Shown here: positions 53,556 through 61,643 of the stretch, in pieces
Layout: every line of letters begins with the position of its first letter
Numbering within the stretch: position 1 is the stretch's first letter
Program-made: the position numbers and the translations under genes
Assembly: GCA_048498815.1 (NCBI GenBank)
Contig: JBEHXG010000002.1
Span: forward strand, 134,350-198,349
Direction: 5' to 3'
From: Acidobacteriota bacterium
Lineage (GTDB): Bacteria; Acidobacteriota; Terriglobia; Bryobacterales; Bryobacteraceae
DNA: 64,000 bases
The notes under the pieces: model-generated
What the model was told of the DNA's origin: nothing
Database searches by the model: none
What the model saw: only the letters and a program-made list of their open reading frames with translations

Positions 53556-55436
53556 TTACCGCGCCTTCATCGGATCAGCCGCAACGGTCCAGCCTGTCTT
53601 CTCCCCGGCGTTTTGCTGCTTCAGCCAGTCGAGCAGTGGCTGGAAGTATTCCACCATCGCCGAAGCATCCGCCCGATCCTCCCCCGACATCAGCTTCAGC
53701 GTTTCGGGCCACGGTTTCGATGCCCCTGCTTCCAGCATCGCGGCCAGCTTTGCCCCCGCCGCTTTCGATCCATAAAAACTGCACCGGTTGAGCGGCCCCG
53801 TGTACCCCGCCGCGCGGCACATCGCCCGATAAAACTGGAACTGATAGATCCGGGCCAGAAAGTAACGCGCGTACGGAGTATTCGCCGGAATGTGGTACTT
53901 CGCGCCCGCATCGAAATCGGCTTCGGTGCGATCCACCGGCGGCGCCACGCCCTGATACTTCTCTCGCAGAGACCACCACGCCTTGTTGTAATCGGCAGGC
54001 TTCACCTGACCGGAGAACACCTCCCAGCGCCACTTATCCACCAGCAGTCCGAACGGCAGGAATGCGATCTTATCAAGCGCTGTACGAAGCAGGATCGGCA
54101 GGTCGGCGGCAGCGGGCGGGATCTCCTGGATCAATCCGATTTGCTTCAGGTACTCCGGCGTAATGGAAAGGGCCAGCGAATCGCCAATGGCCTCGTGGAA
54201 GCCATCGTTCGCTCCGCCGCGGAAAAGGAATGGCTGCTTGCGATACGCCAGATCGTAGTAGAGATGGCCGAGTTCATGATGCGTGGTCACAAAGTCATCT
54301 GAGGTCTGATGCAGGCAGACCTTCAGCCGGACATCTCTGTCGAAGTCCACATCCCATGCGCTGGCATGGCAAACCACGTCGCGATCCGCCGGACGCGTGA
54401 TCATCGAACGCTGCCAGAAGGTGTCCGGCAGGCTATCGAAACCAAGTGACTGGAAGAACCCTTCGCCAAACTGAACAATTTGCTTCGCCGTGGCGTTGCG
54501 TTCCTTCAGAATTGCGCCGACATCGTACGTCGCAGGTGCGGCGGGCGGCGCCACAATGTCATAGATATTGCCCCACTCCTGCGCCCACATGTTGCCCAGC
54601 AGATCGGCCGGGATCATGCCGTCGGCGCGCACCGCCTCGACGCCATATTTCGCGGCCAGCTTACGGCGTACATACGCATGCAGTTCTTTGTACAGCGGCT
54701 CAACCTGACTCCAGAGCCGCTCCAGTTCCGCCGAAAACTGCACCGGTGTCATGTCGTATCCCGCGCGCCAGAGATCGCCGGTATCTCCAAATCCAATCTC
54801 CTTCGCGCCCTGATTGGAAAGCTGAACGAACCGGCTGTAACGATCCCGCATCGGCGCCCCAACTTTGTGCCAGCCCGCCCAGATCGCCGCGAGTTCTTTC
54901 GGATCGCGCGACTTCGCCATCCGTTCATCCACCTCATCAATGCCGATGCAGCCCGCGGCCTTCTGTGATTCCGGATCAGCCTTCGCCTCGCCGCCGGGGC
55001 AATACTTGCCCTTGCCGTAACTGCCATTCAGCGAAGAGGCCACCTGTGTGAGCTCCTCCCGCAGCTTCGCATTGTGCGGCGCGGGCATCGTGAGTGAGAG
55101 CCGCAGCAGCAGAAACTTGCGCTTGAGATCGGGCGGAAGATTGAGTGAGGAAAATTGCTTAGCCTGATCGACCAGCGCCGTCGTGCGTTCAATCAGGCGA
55201 TCGTTTTCCGCAGCCGTAAGCAGGTCGGTGTCGTCGGTGATGTACGTTTCGTCAACCCATTCCGCACGCGCGCCCATGATGCTGAGCTTGAGCAATTCCG
55301 CTTCGGCTTTATCCATAAAGGCGCGGGCGGCGGCGACCGTAGGCGCAGAGGACTTCGGCTGCGCGAACGCCGCTCCCCCAATAATTCCCGCGACTAACGC
55401 GGTCAGAAGCAGAGAGACGCGGGAGGATGTCTTCAT
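53556..55436 (-). CDS. Peptidyl-dipeptidase A (M2, angiotensin-converting-enzyme-like) metallopeptidase, secreted
   Basis: A signal peptide is present. Zinc motif HHELGHLYY plus the downstream HEAIGDS. Length is 626 aa, with a C-terminal PLLDWLKQQN block. Confidence 0.85.
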   Translation of the reverse strand: MKTSSRVSLLLTALVAGIIGGAAFAQPKSSAPTVAAARAFMDKAEAELLKLSIMGARAEWVDETYITDDTDLLTAAENDRLIERTTALVDQAKQFSSLNLPPDLKRKFLLLRLSLTMPAPHNAKLREELTQVASSLNGSYGKGKYCPGGEAKADPESQKAAGCIGIDEVDERMAKSRDPKELAAIWAGWHKVGAPMRDRYSRFVQLSNQGAKEIGFGDTGDLWRAGYDMTPVQFSAELERLWSQVEPLYKELHAYVRRKLAAKYGVEAVRADGMIPADLLGNMWAQEWGNIYDIVAPPAAPATYDVGAILKERNATAKQIVQFGEGFFQSLGFDSLPDTFWQRSMITRPADRDVVCHASAWDVDFDRDVRLKVCLHQTSDDFVTTHHELGHLYYDLAYRKQPFLFRGGANDGFHEAIGDSLALSITPEYLKQIGLIQEIPPAAADLPILLRTALDKIAFLPFGLLVDKWRWEVFSGQVKPADYNKAWWSLREKYQGVAPPVDRTEADFDAGAKYHIPANTPYARYFLARIYQFQFYRAMCRAAGYTGPLNRCSFYGSKAAGAKLAAMLEAGASKPWPETLKLMSGEDRADASAMVEYFQPLLDWLKQQNAGEKTGWTVAADPMKAR

Positions 55437-55663
55437 TGATCGGAGTTTACCGCGTGGACGTCGGGTTGAGAAACCAGCTCGGTGAAGGCAGCCTCGCCGA
55501 GACGCTGGTTACCCAGGATCGCTCTTATCTGCGATACAAAGTTGACCGCTCGAATGGATTGTTACTCAGAATCAGAGCGACTCAACGTCGCTTGCTCACT
55601 GCCGCGAATCGGCGAAGCCATTGGAATCGAAATGACGAACGAAGTGAAGCTCTCTTCTGCCAA

Positions 55664-55692
55664 CGGAGATCAGGAGAACCCGCTGATCTCCG
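55664..55692 (-). terminator. 10-bp perfect hairpin 34 nt downstream of 55726..56697 (possible terminator, no U-tract)
   Basis: CGGAGATCAG (55664-55673), a 9-nt loop, then CTGATCTCCG (55683-55692). Confidence 0.35.
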
Positions 55693-55725
55693 CCCGGCAG
55701 GAAACATCGACGACCGGTCCGTTTA

Positions 55726-56697
55726 TTACTTCTTCACACCACCGCTCGCGCTCGCATCCGCGCTTGCCTGCGATGAAGCGCCTGACTGACGCGCGTTGAA
55801 ATCGGCGTCGCCGCCGGCGTTCGCATTCAGGCTCGCTTTCGGGGTCCTCCGAAGCTCTGCCGCCTGGCTGCTTGCCGTTTGCGCGCTCGCTCGCGACTCA
55901 GATTCACTCATCCCCGGTTTCATCGCATGAATCGCATCGCTAAGCGACTGCCCTGCTGTCACTCGATCCTTCATGTCGTCGAACGGCAGACTCAGATTGT
56001 GCGAAGCCTGCGCTGTCGAAAGGAACTGATCTTCATCATGGAAGCCGGTTGCGGCCGCCGCCGCAGTCTTTCCTTGCGGGAGTAGCGCCGACACGCGGGA
56101 CGAGAGAGCAGCATCGGACGTCATCCGAGACGCCACGCGGTCTTTTCCTGCGGGAGCGGATGCCTGCATCAGGTCGCGGTTCGACTTCATCTCAGCCAGT
56201 TTCAGATTCTCTTTCAGGGTTTTCTCGTCAAGATCGGGGCGCAGCTTACGCGCCGCTTTGTCAAACGACACATGCCCCTTCCCCGTTGTTGCGGACTTGA
56301 ACTGTTCGAACGGGATGTTCATATCGTGCGCGGCATGCAGAGCGGTCAGCAATTGCGCCGTATCCCCGAAGCCGGCGGCAGCCTGGGCAGGTCCCATCCC
56401 CATCGGTAAAAGTTGCTGCACGCTGGACGAAAGTACAGCATTTTGCTGTATCGCAGTAACCGCGTCGGCGGCGCCGATCGCTCGTCCACCGCCCGCACCC
56501 GCCGCAAGCCCGCCGTTTGCAGTGTCCGTAACCGATCCGACGGCGCCCACGGGAACGGCTCCGCCACTAACAGCGCCGGTAGCAGCCCCAGTAACGCCGC
56601 CCGCAACGCCCGCACGACCGAGAAGCTGAGCGGACGCCACGCCGCTGGAAATAACCATTGCCACAGCACACGTAGATCGAAACCAGTGATACTTCAT
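55726..56697 (-). CDS. Secreted hypothetical protein with a Gly/Ala-rich N-region and two ~100-aa internal repeats
   Basis: I take the start at ATG 56697, after GGAGGA (MKYHWFRSTCAVAMVISSGVASAQ signal). Repeat 1 reads AVLSSSVQQLLPMG...AAAGFGDTAQLLTALHAAHDMNIPFEQFK. Repeat 2 reads AALSSRVSALLPQG...AATGFHDEDQFLSTAQASHNLSLPFDDMK. Confidence 0.6.
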   Translation of the reverse strand: MKYHWFRSTCAVAMVISSGVASAQLLGRAGVAGGVTGAATGAVSGGAVPVGAVGSVTDTANGGLAAGAGGGRAIGAADAVTAIQQNAVLSSSVQQLLPMGMGPAQAAAGFGDTAQLLTALHAAHDMNIPFEQFKSATTGKGHVSFDKAARKLRPDLDEKTLKENLKLAEMKSNRDLMQASAPAGKDRVASRMTSDAALSSRVSALLPQGKTAAAAATGFHDEDQFLSTAQASHNLSLPFDDMKDRVTAGQSLSDAIHAMKPGMSESESRASAQTASSQAAELRRTPKASLNANAGGDADFNARQSGASSQASADASASGGVKK

Positions 56698-57221
56698 ACG
56701 AAAGTCCTCCGCTTTCGCACAAAGCAAAACCTCAGCCAGTGTACTTTTGATCACCGGAAACTGAGCGCTCCTCAGTGGATGGCGTGCGGTTAAGCTGACT
56801 CCCGCGCCACCACCGTGTCGTAAAGTCCGTAGTGCTCCAGCCTTGGGTGGCTCTCAACGCCCGTATACCGACAACGAGGCATCATACCGTTGGAACGCAA
56901 ACCGCCGGAACGCGAAGACAGCCTGATTCATCTGCTCCATGTTGAAGCGCAGTTGCACAGTGTGTTCTCGCGAAAGTCGGTCAGGTACACAAAAGCCGGG
57001 ATGCGCGTCGCACGCACGGGGGTTTCGGACAAAAACGCGTTAGATATAGGTGAATGGAGAAGGTTCAGCGCCAGGATTCCGGATCGTGCCGACAACTAGC
57101 CCTTCAGCCGCCTGTCCTCTTCGAAGCTCTTCGGCTTGCCGAGCGTGGCGATCCGCGCTTCGCCGTTCAGTCTTGAATCCTTCGCTGGAATACCCGGAAT
57201 AAGCTGCTACGATACAGGAGC

Positions 57222-57875
57222 ATGAGCGGTCCTGCCGGAGTTTTGAACGTGGATACCGCAACTCCGGATCGCGAGAATCCAGCCCGGGAGAACGCGGTGG
57301 ATGTATACTTCTCCGCCGACGTGGAAACGGATGGATCAATCCCCGGCCCCTACTCCATGCTGTCGTTCGCGCTCGTCCTTGCCGGCTCCTTCGACGGACA
57401 CCGTTTCGTTCGGCCACACGACTACCGCCAGGTCTTCTATAAGGAACTTAGACCCATCTCCGCGGACTTTGAGCCGGAAGCACTCCGCGTGAACGGTCTT
57501 GACCGCAATCGACTGTCGCGCGAAGGCGAAACCCCGGAAAGCGCAATGAATGACGCAGCCCGCTGGGTGCGTGAAATCGCCGGCCCGGGGCGCCCCGTGC
57601 TGGTGGCGTATCCCCTGAGCTTCGATTGGTCCTGGCTCTACTGGTATTTCACGCGCTTCTCGAAAGACGGCTCCCCCTTCAACTACTCCAGATGCTTTGA
57701 CATTAAGACGGCCCTGGCAGTCAAAGCCCGCATTCCGATTTCAGAAGCTGGCCGGGCGAATCTGATCCCGTCCCTGCGGTCAACCCACGCTCACACACAT
57801 CACGCCGTCGATGACGCCATCGAACAGGCTCAGATCTTTGCCAACATCTTCGAGTGGGAGGGCGTTATTGAGTGA
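57222..57875 (+). CDS. DEDDh-type (DnaQ/RNase T-like) 3'-5' exonuclease
   Basis: ExoI FSADVETDG. An ExoII-like segment LVAYPLSFDWSWLYWYF. ExoIII HHAVDDAIEQAQIF (the H-x4-D pattern of the DEDDh subclass). The exact start is uncertain because the AGGAG is only 1 nt from the ATG at 57222. Confidence 0.7.
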   Translation: MSGPAGVLNVDTATPDRENPARENAVDVYFSADVETDGSIPGPYSMLSFALVLAGSFDGHRFVRPHDYRQVFYKELRPISADFEPEALRVNGLDRNRLSREGETPESAMNDAARWVREIAGPGRPVLVAYPLSFDWSWLYWYFTRFSKDGSPFNYSRCFDIKTALAVKARIPISEAGRANLIPSLRSTHAHTHHAVDDAIEQAQIFANIFEWEGVIE

Positions 57876-58862
57876 GTTCCTGGACGCTCGCCTGAGCGAA
57901 ACCAACGGGCGCTTCGCGCAATTGCGGAAGGCCCTCCAGACTACCGAACACCGTTGCCTCGATAAGGCCTGCGTCTACGCGATAGGTTCATTCGGCAGGG
58001 GCGAAGCCAGCCGCTTCAGCGACCTCGATCTTTTTATCGTGGGCGCCCCCACTACGGCAAAGGCGGGTAAAGAAGATCGCGCGCTGTCCAGGCTGGATGA
58101 GATCTGCGTGAAAGCCGATCTAATCCAGGCAACACGGACGCTGGCCTTCCCGGAGTTCTCCGGCGACGGCGAGTACCTGGAGCATTACACCGTCGGCAGG
58201 CTGATCAGCACGCTTGGCAAACCCGACGACGATTCCAGCAATACCTTCACGGCGCGCCTGTTGTTGCTGCTGGAGAGTCAGCCGCTCATTGGAGAGTCGG
58301 TTTACCATCGCGTGACCTCCGAAGTAGTTAAGGCATACTGGCGCGACTAAGCCATCGTGACGAGTTCATCCCCGCATATCTGGCAAACGACATTCTCCGC
58401 CTGTGGCGAACCTTTTGCGTCAACTATGAGGCGCGAACGGCGACAGAACCGGCCGAGAAAAAAGCGAAAAGAAAGCTGAAGACCTACAAGTTGAAGCACA
58501 GTCGCCTGCTGACGTGCTACTCCGCGCTTTTGTACCTGCTCGCCATCTACTCCCGGAAAAGGTCCGTGAGTCCCAATGATGCAGCTCAGATGGTAGCGTT
58601 GACGCCCACCGGCAGGCTTGCATGGTTGGCTGGACAGCCGGACTTCGCCGATGCATCCGAGAAGATCACGGACCTGTTGCAATGCTACGGGGATTTCCTG
58701 CGACTGACGGAGAACTCGGAACCGGAATTGGTCGCCCGCCTGATGAATCCCGATGAGAGCAGGATATTTTCAGAATCGGCCTCGAAACTCGGCGATTCCG
58801 TTTTTCAGTTGCTCCGCCGGATCGGCAGGGAGTCACCTTTCTACAGACTTCTGGTGGTCTGA
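57868..58862 (+). pseudogene. Pol-beta-superfamily nucleotidyltransferase with a helical C-terminal domain; reading frame interrupted once at about 58332-58350
   Basis: NTase motif VYAIGSFGRGEASRFSDLDLFIV. Frame 1 ends ...VVKAYWRD* at 58348-58350. Frame 0 is open from 58332 and continues HRDEFIPAYLANDILRLWRTFCVNYE...LLTCYSALLYLLAIY..., with no ATG/GTG/TTG before 58491. The candidate TTG start at 57868 follows GGGAGGG and overlaps the exonuclease stop. The alternative ATG at 57811 also overlaps it. Confidence 0.65.
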
Positions 58863-59106
58863 GTTATCCACTCGGCTGGACGGGCGCACCGACTGACGGG
58901 CTCACAGGGCCTCGGTGATAAGAATCGCTGGACGTTCAGCGATTGTGTCTTCATTGAAAGTCGAGTGCTGTCGATCTTTCTGAACCAAATCAATAACTTG
59001 CCTCCGCATCACAACATCGCTGATCCATACTGTAATCGGATGCAAAGACCTCACACAGATCAGTCCGACCCGAGCGGAATCGCGGCAGAAAATTACCCGC
59101 GCCATT

Positions 59107-59249
59107 CGAACCCATGGGTTGTTATTGAAAACAAAAGACCTAACCCCTTGAAAGCCTCCCCGAGCGAACCCATTTTCCGGGCCTTCGAACCCATTTTTTC
59201 AGCCCTGCGAACCCATTTCCCCGCCCCACGAACCCATCTCCATCCATCA
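59107..59249. repeat. CGAACCCAT motif array: one copy inside a perfect 12-bp palindrome plus four tandem 21-22-bp units
   Basis: AACCCATGGGTT lies at 59109-59120. CGAACCCAT occurs at 59165, 59186, 59208 and 59229 (spacing 21, 22, 21 bp). Each copy is followed by a T/C-rich then G/C-rich tail. The array lies 87-230 nt upstream of the leuA ATG. Confidence 0.9.
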
Positions 59250-59282
59250 ATATATCTAATCCATAACTCGAATAGAATAAAT

Positions 59283-59312
59283 TTGCTTTATCCATCCCAC
59301 ACACCCCATAAT
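59283..59312 (+). promoter_or_regulatory. Candidate sigma70-type promoter for the leu operon
   Basis: TTGCTT (59283-59288), an 18-nt spacer, then CATAAT (59307-59312). GGAG lies at 59320-59323 and the ATG at 59336. This is pattern only. Confidence 0.3.
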
Positions 59313-59335
59313 GAAACTCGGAGCACCTTCCACGT

Positions 59336-60505
59336 ATGAATAACCGAGTCTGGATCTTCGACACCACGCTCCGGGACGGCGAACAGTCGCCCGGCTGCAG
59401 CATGAACGTTCCTGAAAAACTCCGCATGGCCGGCAAGCTTGTCGAACTTGGCGTCGACATCTTAGAGGCAGGTTTTCCAATAGCTTCCGAGGGAGACTTT
59501 CAAGCGGTGGATGCAGTAAGCCGCGAATTCCCCTGGGTACAGGTAGCCGCCCTCGCTCGCTCCGTCAAAATCGATGTAGAGCGCGCCGCGAAATCCCTCG
59601 AAAAAGCCAAACGCCCACGCATCCATATCTTCCTTGCCACCAGCGATATCCATCTCAAGTACAAACTCAAGAAATCCCGGCAAGAGATTCTGGATGCAGC
59701 AGTTGCTGCCATCGAACTCGCCCGCTCTTACGTAGATGACGTAGAGTTCTCGGCCGAAGACGGAGCCCGCACCGACCCCGACTATCTGGAACTGGTTTCA
59801 AAGGCCGTAGTAGCTGCCGGAGCCCGCACCGTCAACATTCCGGACACCGTCGGCTACTCAACCCCGGAGGAATACGGCGCCCTCATCGGCCGTATCGTAA
59901 AGGTCTTGGGCGACACCGCCGTAGTCAGCGTCCACTGCCACGACGATCTCGGCCTCGCCGTAGCCAACTCCCTCGCGGCGGTGAAAGCGGGAGCCCGACA
60001 GATCGAATGCACCATCAACGGCATCGGCGAACGCGCGGGAAACTGCTCGCTCGAAGAGGTGGTCATGGTGATGAAGACCCGCAACGACCTTTATCCCTTT
60101 ACTACCGGCATCCATCCCGAGCACCTCTACCCCGCCAGTCAGATGCTCGCCTCCATCATCAGTTTCGGCCCTCAGCCCAACAAGGCCATCGTCGGCAAAA
60201 ACGCCTTCGCGCACGAAGCCGGCATCCATCAGGATGGCTACCTCAAAGAGCCAACCACGTATGAGATCATCAATCCGAAGTCGGTTGGAGTGCCGGAAAG
60301 CCGGCTCGTGCTGGGCAAGCACAGCGGCCGCCACGCCCTGAAAAAACGCTGCGAAGATCTCGGGTTCACCCTCACTGCGGTAGAACTCGATCAGGTCTAC
60401 GAACAGCTCACGGCGCTGGCGGATAACAAGAAGGGTCTGATGGACGAGGAAATCGCCGCCATGGCCCGCAAGGCTCAGCAGGTACCTCAGCCGGTTGGAG
60501 ACTAA
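59336..60505 (+). CDS. leuA: 2-isopropylmalate synthase catalytic core (389 aa), lacking the C-terminal LeuA allosteric/dimerisation domain
   Basis: IFDTTLRDGEQSPG, EAGFPIAS.GDF, HCHDDLGLAVANSLAAV.AGA.Q.ECTINGIGERAGN and HEAGIHQDG are present. The protein ends shortly after GKHSGRHALKKRCEDLGF...LADNKK, where canonical ~510-aa LeuA continues into the regulatory domain. Confidence 0.85.
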   Translation: MNNRVWIFDTTLRDGEQSPGCSMNVPEKLRMAGKLVELGVDILEAGFPIASEGDFQAVDAVSREFPWVQVAALARSVKIDVERAAKSLEKAKRPRIHIFLATSDIHLKYKLKKSRQEILDAAVAAIELARSYVDDVEFSAEDGARTDPDYLELVSKAVVAAGARTVNIPDTVGYSTPEEYGALIGRIVKVLGDTAVVSVHCHDDLGLAVANSLAAVKAGARQIECTINGIGERAGNCSLEEVVMVMKTRNDLYPFTTGIHPEHLYPASQMLASIISFGPQPNKAIVGKNAFAHEAGIHQDGYLKEPTTYEIINPKSVGVPESRLVLGKHSGRHALKKRCEDLGFTLTAVELDQVYEQLTALADNKKGLMDEEIAAMARKAQQVPQPVGD

Positions 60506-60510
60506 GACAC

Positions 60511-61593
60511 TTGAATCTGAACATATTAGTGCTGCCCGGCGACGGGATTGGCCTCGAAGTCACAAGAGAAGCAGTGCGCGTTCTGCGCGTCGTGGCCGAA
60601 AAATGGAATCACCAGCTCACGCTGCGTGAAGGCCTGCTGGGCGGCATCGCCATCCATAAGACGGGTGGCCCCTTCCCGGCCGAAACCGAAAAGCTCTCGA
60701 AGGAAGTCGACGCCGTCCTGATGGGCGCCGTCGGACTCCCCGAGTTCGACAACGCCGCCCCCGAGTTGCGCCCCGAGCGTGGCTTGCTCGGCATCCGCAA
60801 GAGCATGGGAGTCTATGCCAACCTGCGCCCGGTGCGCAGCTACAAAGCGCTGCTCGACTCCTCTCCCCTGAAGAACCACCTGGTCGACGGCGTCGATATG
60901 GTCATCGTCCGCGAGCTTACCGGCGGCCTCTACTACGGCACGCCGCGCGGCATCTATGAAGACGGCCCCGAAGCACGCGGCGTCAACACCATGGCTTACA
61001 CCGCCGGCGAAATAGAGCGCGTAACGCGTATGGCCTTCGAACTGGCCCGCAAGCGCCGCCGCAAAGTCACCTCCGTCGATAAGTCGAACGTCCTCGAAGT
61101 CTCCCAGCTCTGGCGTCGCGTCGTCACCAAAATTGCGCCGGATTATCCGGACGTCGAACTCGACCATCTTCTCGTCGATAACTGCGCCATGCAGCTCGTA
61201 CTCAATCCGAAGCGCTTTGACGTCGTAGTAATGGAGAACATGTTCGGCGATATTCTGAGCGACGAAGGCGCGGTACTCGCCGGATCGATCGGCATGCTGC
61301 CCTCCGCCTCCATTGGCGCAAAGAAGCCCTCGGGAGCATGGACCGGCCTCTACGAACCCGTACACGGTTCGGCCCCCGATATCGCGGGCCAGAATAAGGC
61401 CAACCCGTTCGGAGCAATCGGATCGGTAGCCGCCATGCTCGAATACAGCTTCGGCCTCACCGAAGAAGCAGCCGCCGTGAACCGCGCGATGGAAGCCGTC
61501 CTGAATAGCGGGCGCGTCACAGCGGACCTGCGGCCCAGCGGTCCTCCGGCCACCACCGAACAGGCCGGCGAAGCGGTTTGTCAGGCAATCTAG
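60511..61593 (+). CDS. leuB: 3-isopropylmalate dehydrogenase
   Basis: VLPGDGIGLEV, LGAVG.P, NLRP, VRELTGGLYYG, DKSNVL, NMFGDILSDE, GSIGMLPSAS, EPVHGSAPDIAG and ANP blocks are present. The start is TTG. Confidence 0.9.
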   Translation: MNLNILVLPGDGIGLEVTREAVRVLRVVAEKWNHQLTLREGLLGGIAIHKTGGPFPAETEKLSKEVDAVLMGAVGLPEFDNAAPELRPERGLLGIRKSMGVYANLRPVRSYKALLDSSPLKNHLVDGVDMVIVRELTGGLYYGTPRGIYEDGPEARGVNTMAYTAGEIERVTRMAFELARKRRRKVTSVDKSNVLEVSQLWRRVVTKIAPDYPDVELDHLLVDNCAMQLVLNPKRFDVVVMENMFGDILSDEGAVLAGSIGMLPSASIGAKKPSGAWTGLYEPVHGSAPDIAGQNKANPFGAIGSVAAMLEYSFGLTEEAAAVNRAMEAVLNSGRVTADLRPSGPPATTEQAGEAVCQAI

Positions 61594-61643
61594 CGGACAC
61601 GCGGCTTTAGCCGCGTCTGTAGAAGCAACTAAGGTTATTAACT

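Noticed and set aside
52696-53775. A 359-aa plus-strand ORF spanning the 52.8-53.6 kb gap.
   Set aside because: It is an Arg/Ser/Pro-rich translation. It starts inside the preceding gene and ends antisense inside the M2 peptidase gene. No motif or signal was seen. The gap is reported as unassigned sequence instead.
58902-59105. A 67-aa minus-strand ORF (MARVIFCRDSARVGL...ERPAILITEAL), considered as a Phd/YefM-like antitoxin fragment or small regulator whose ATG abuts the AACCCATGGGTT palindrome.
   Set aside because: Third-position GC is only about 54%, versus about 75% in neighbouring genes. No clear RBS is present and the resemblance to antitoxins is weak (an ..PAILIT.. block only). It is kept as a note in the repeat finding, not called as a gene.
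59165-59237. The GGGTTCGAA/GGGTTCG strings on the minus strand of the repeat array looked like tRNA T-arm/T-loop sequences. The array was also considered as a mini-CRISPR.
   Set aside because: No acceptor, D or anticodon arms can be drawn around any copy. The unit length of 21-22 bp with no unique spacers, and the absence of cas genes, are incompatible with CRISPR.
61599-61616. A 7-bp hairpin (ACGCGGC-TTTA-GCCGCGT) between leuB and leuC, considered as a terminator.
   Set aside because: There is no U-tract and it lies inside an obviously co-transcribed leuABCD operon. At most it is an mRNA processing or stability element. The evidence is insufficient to call it.
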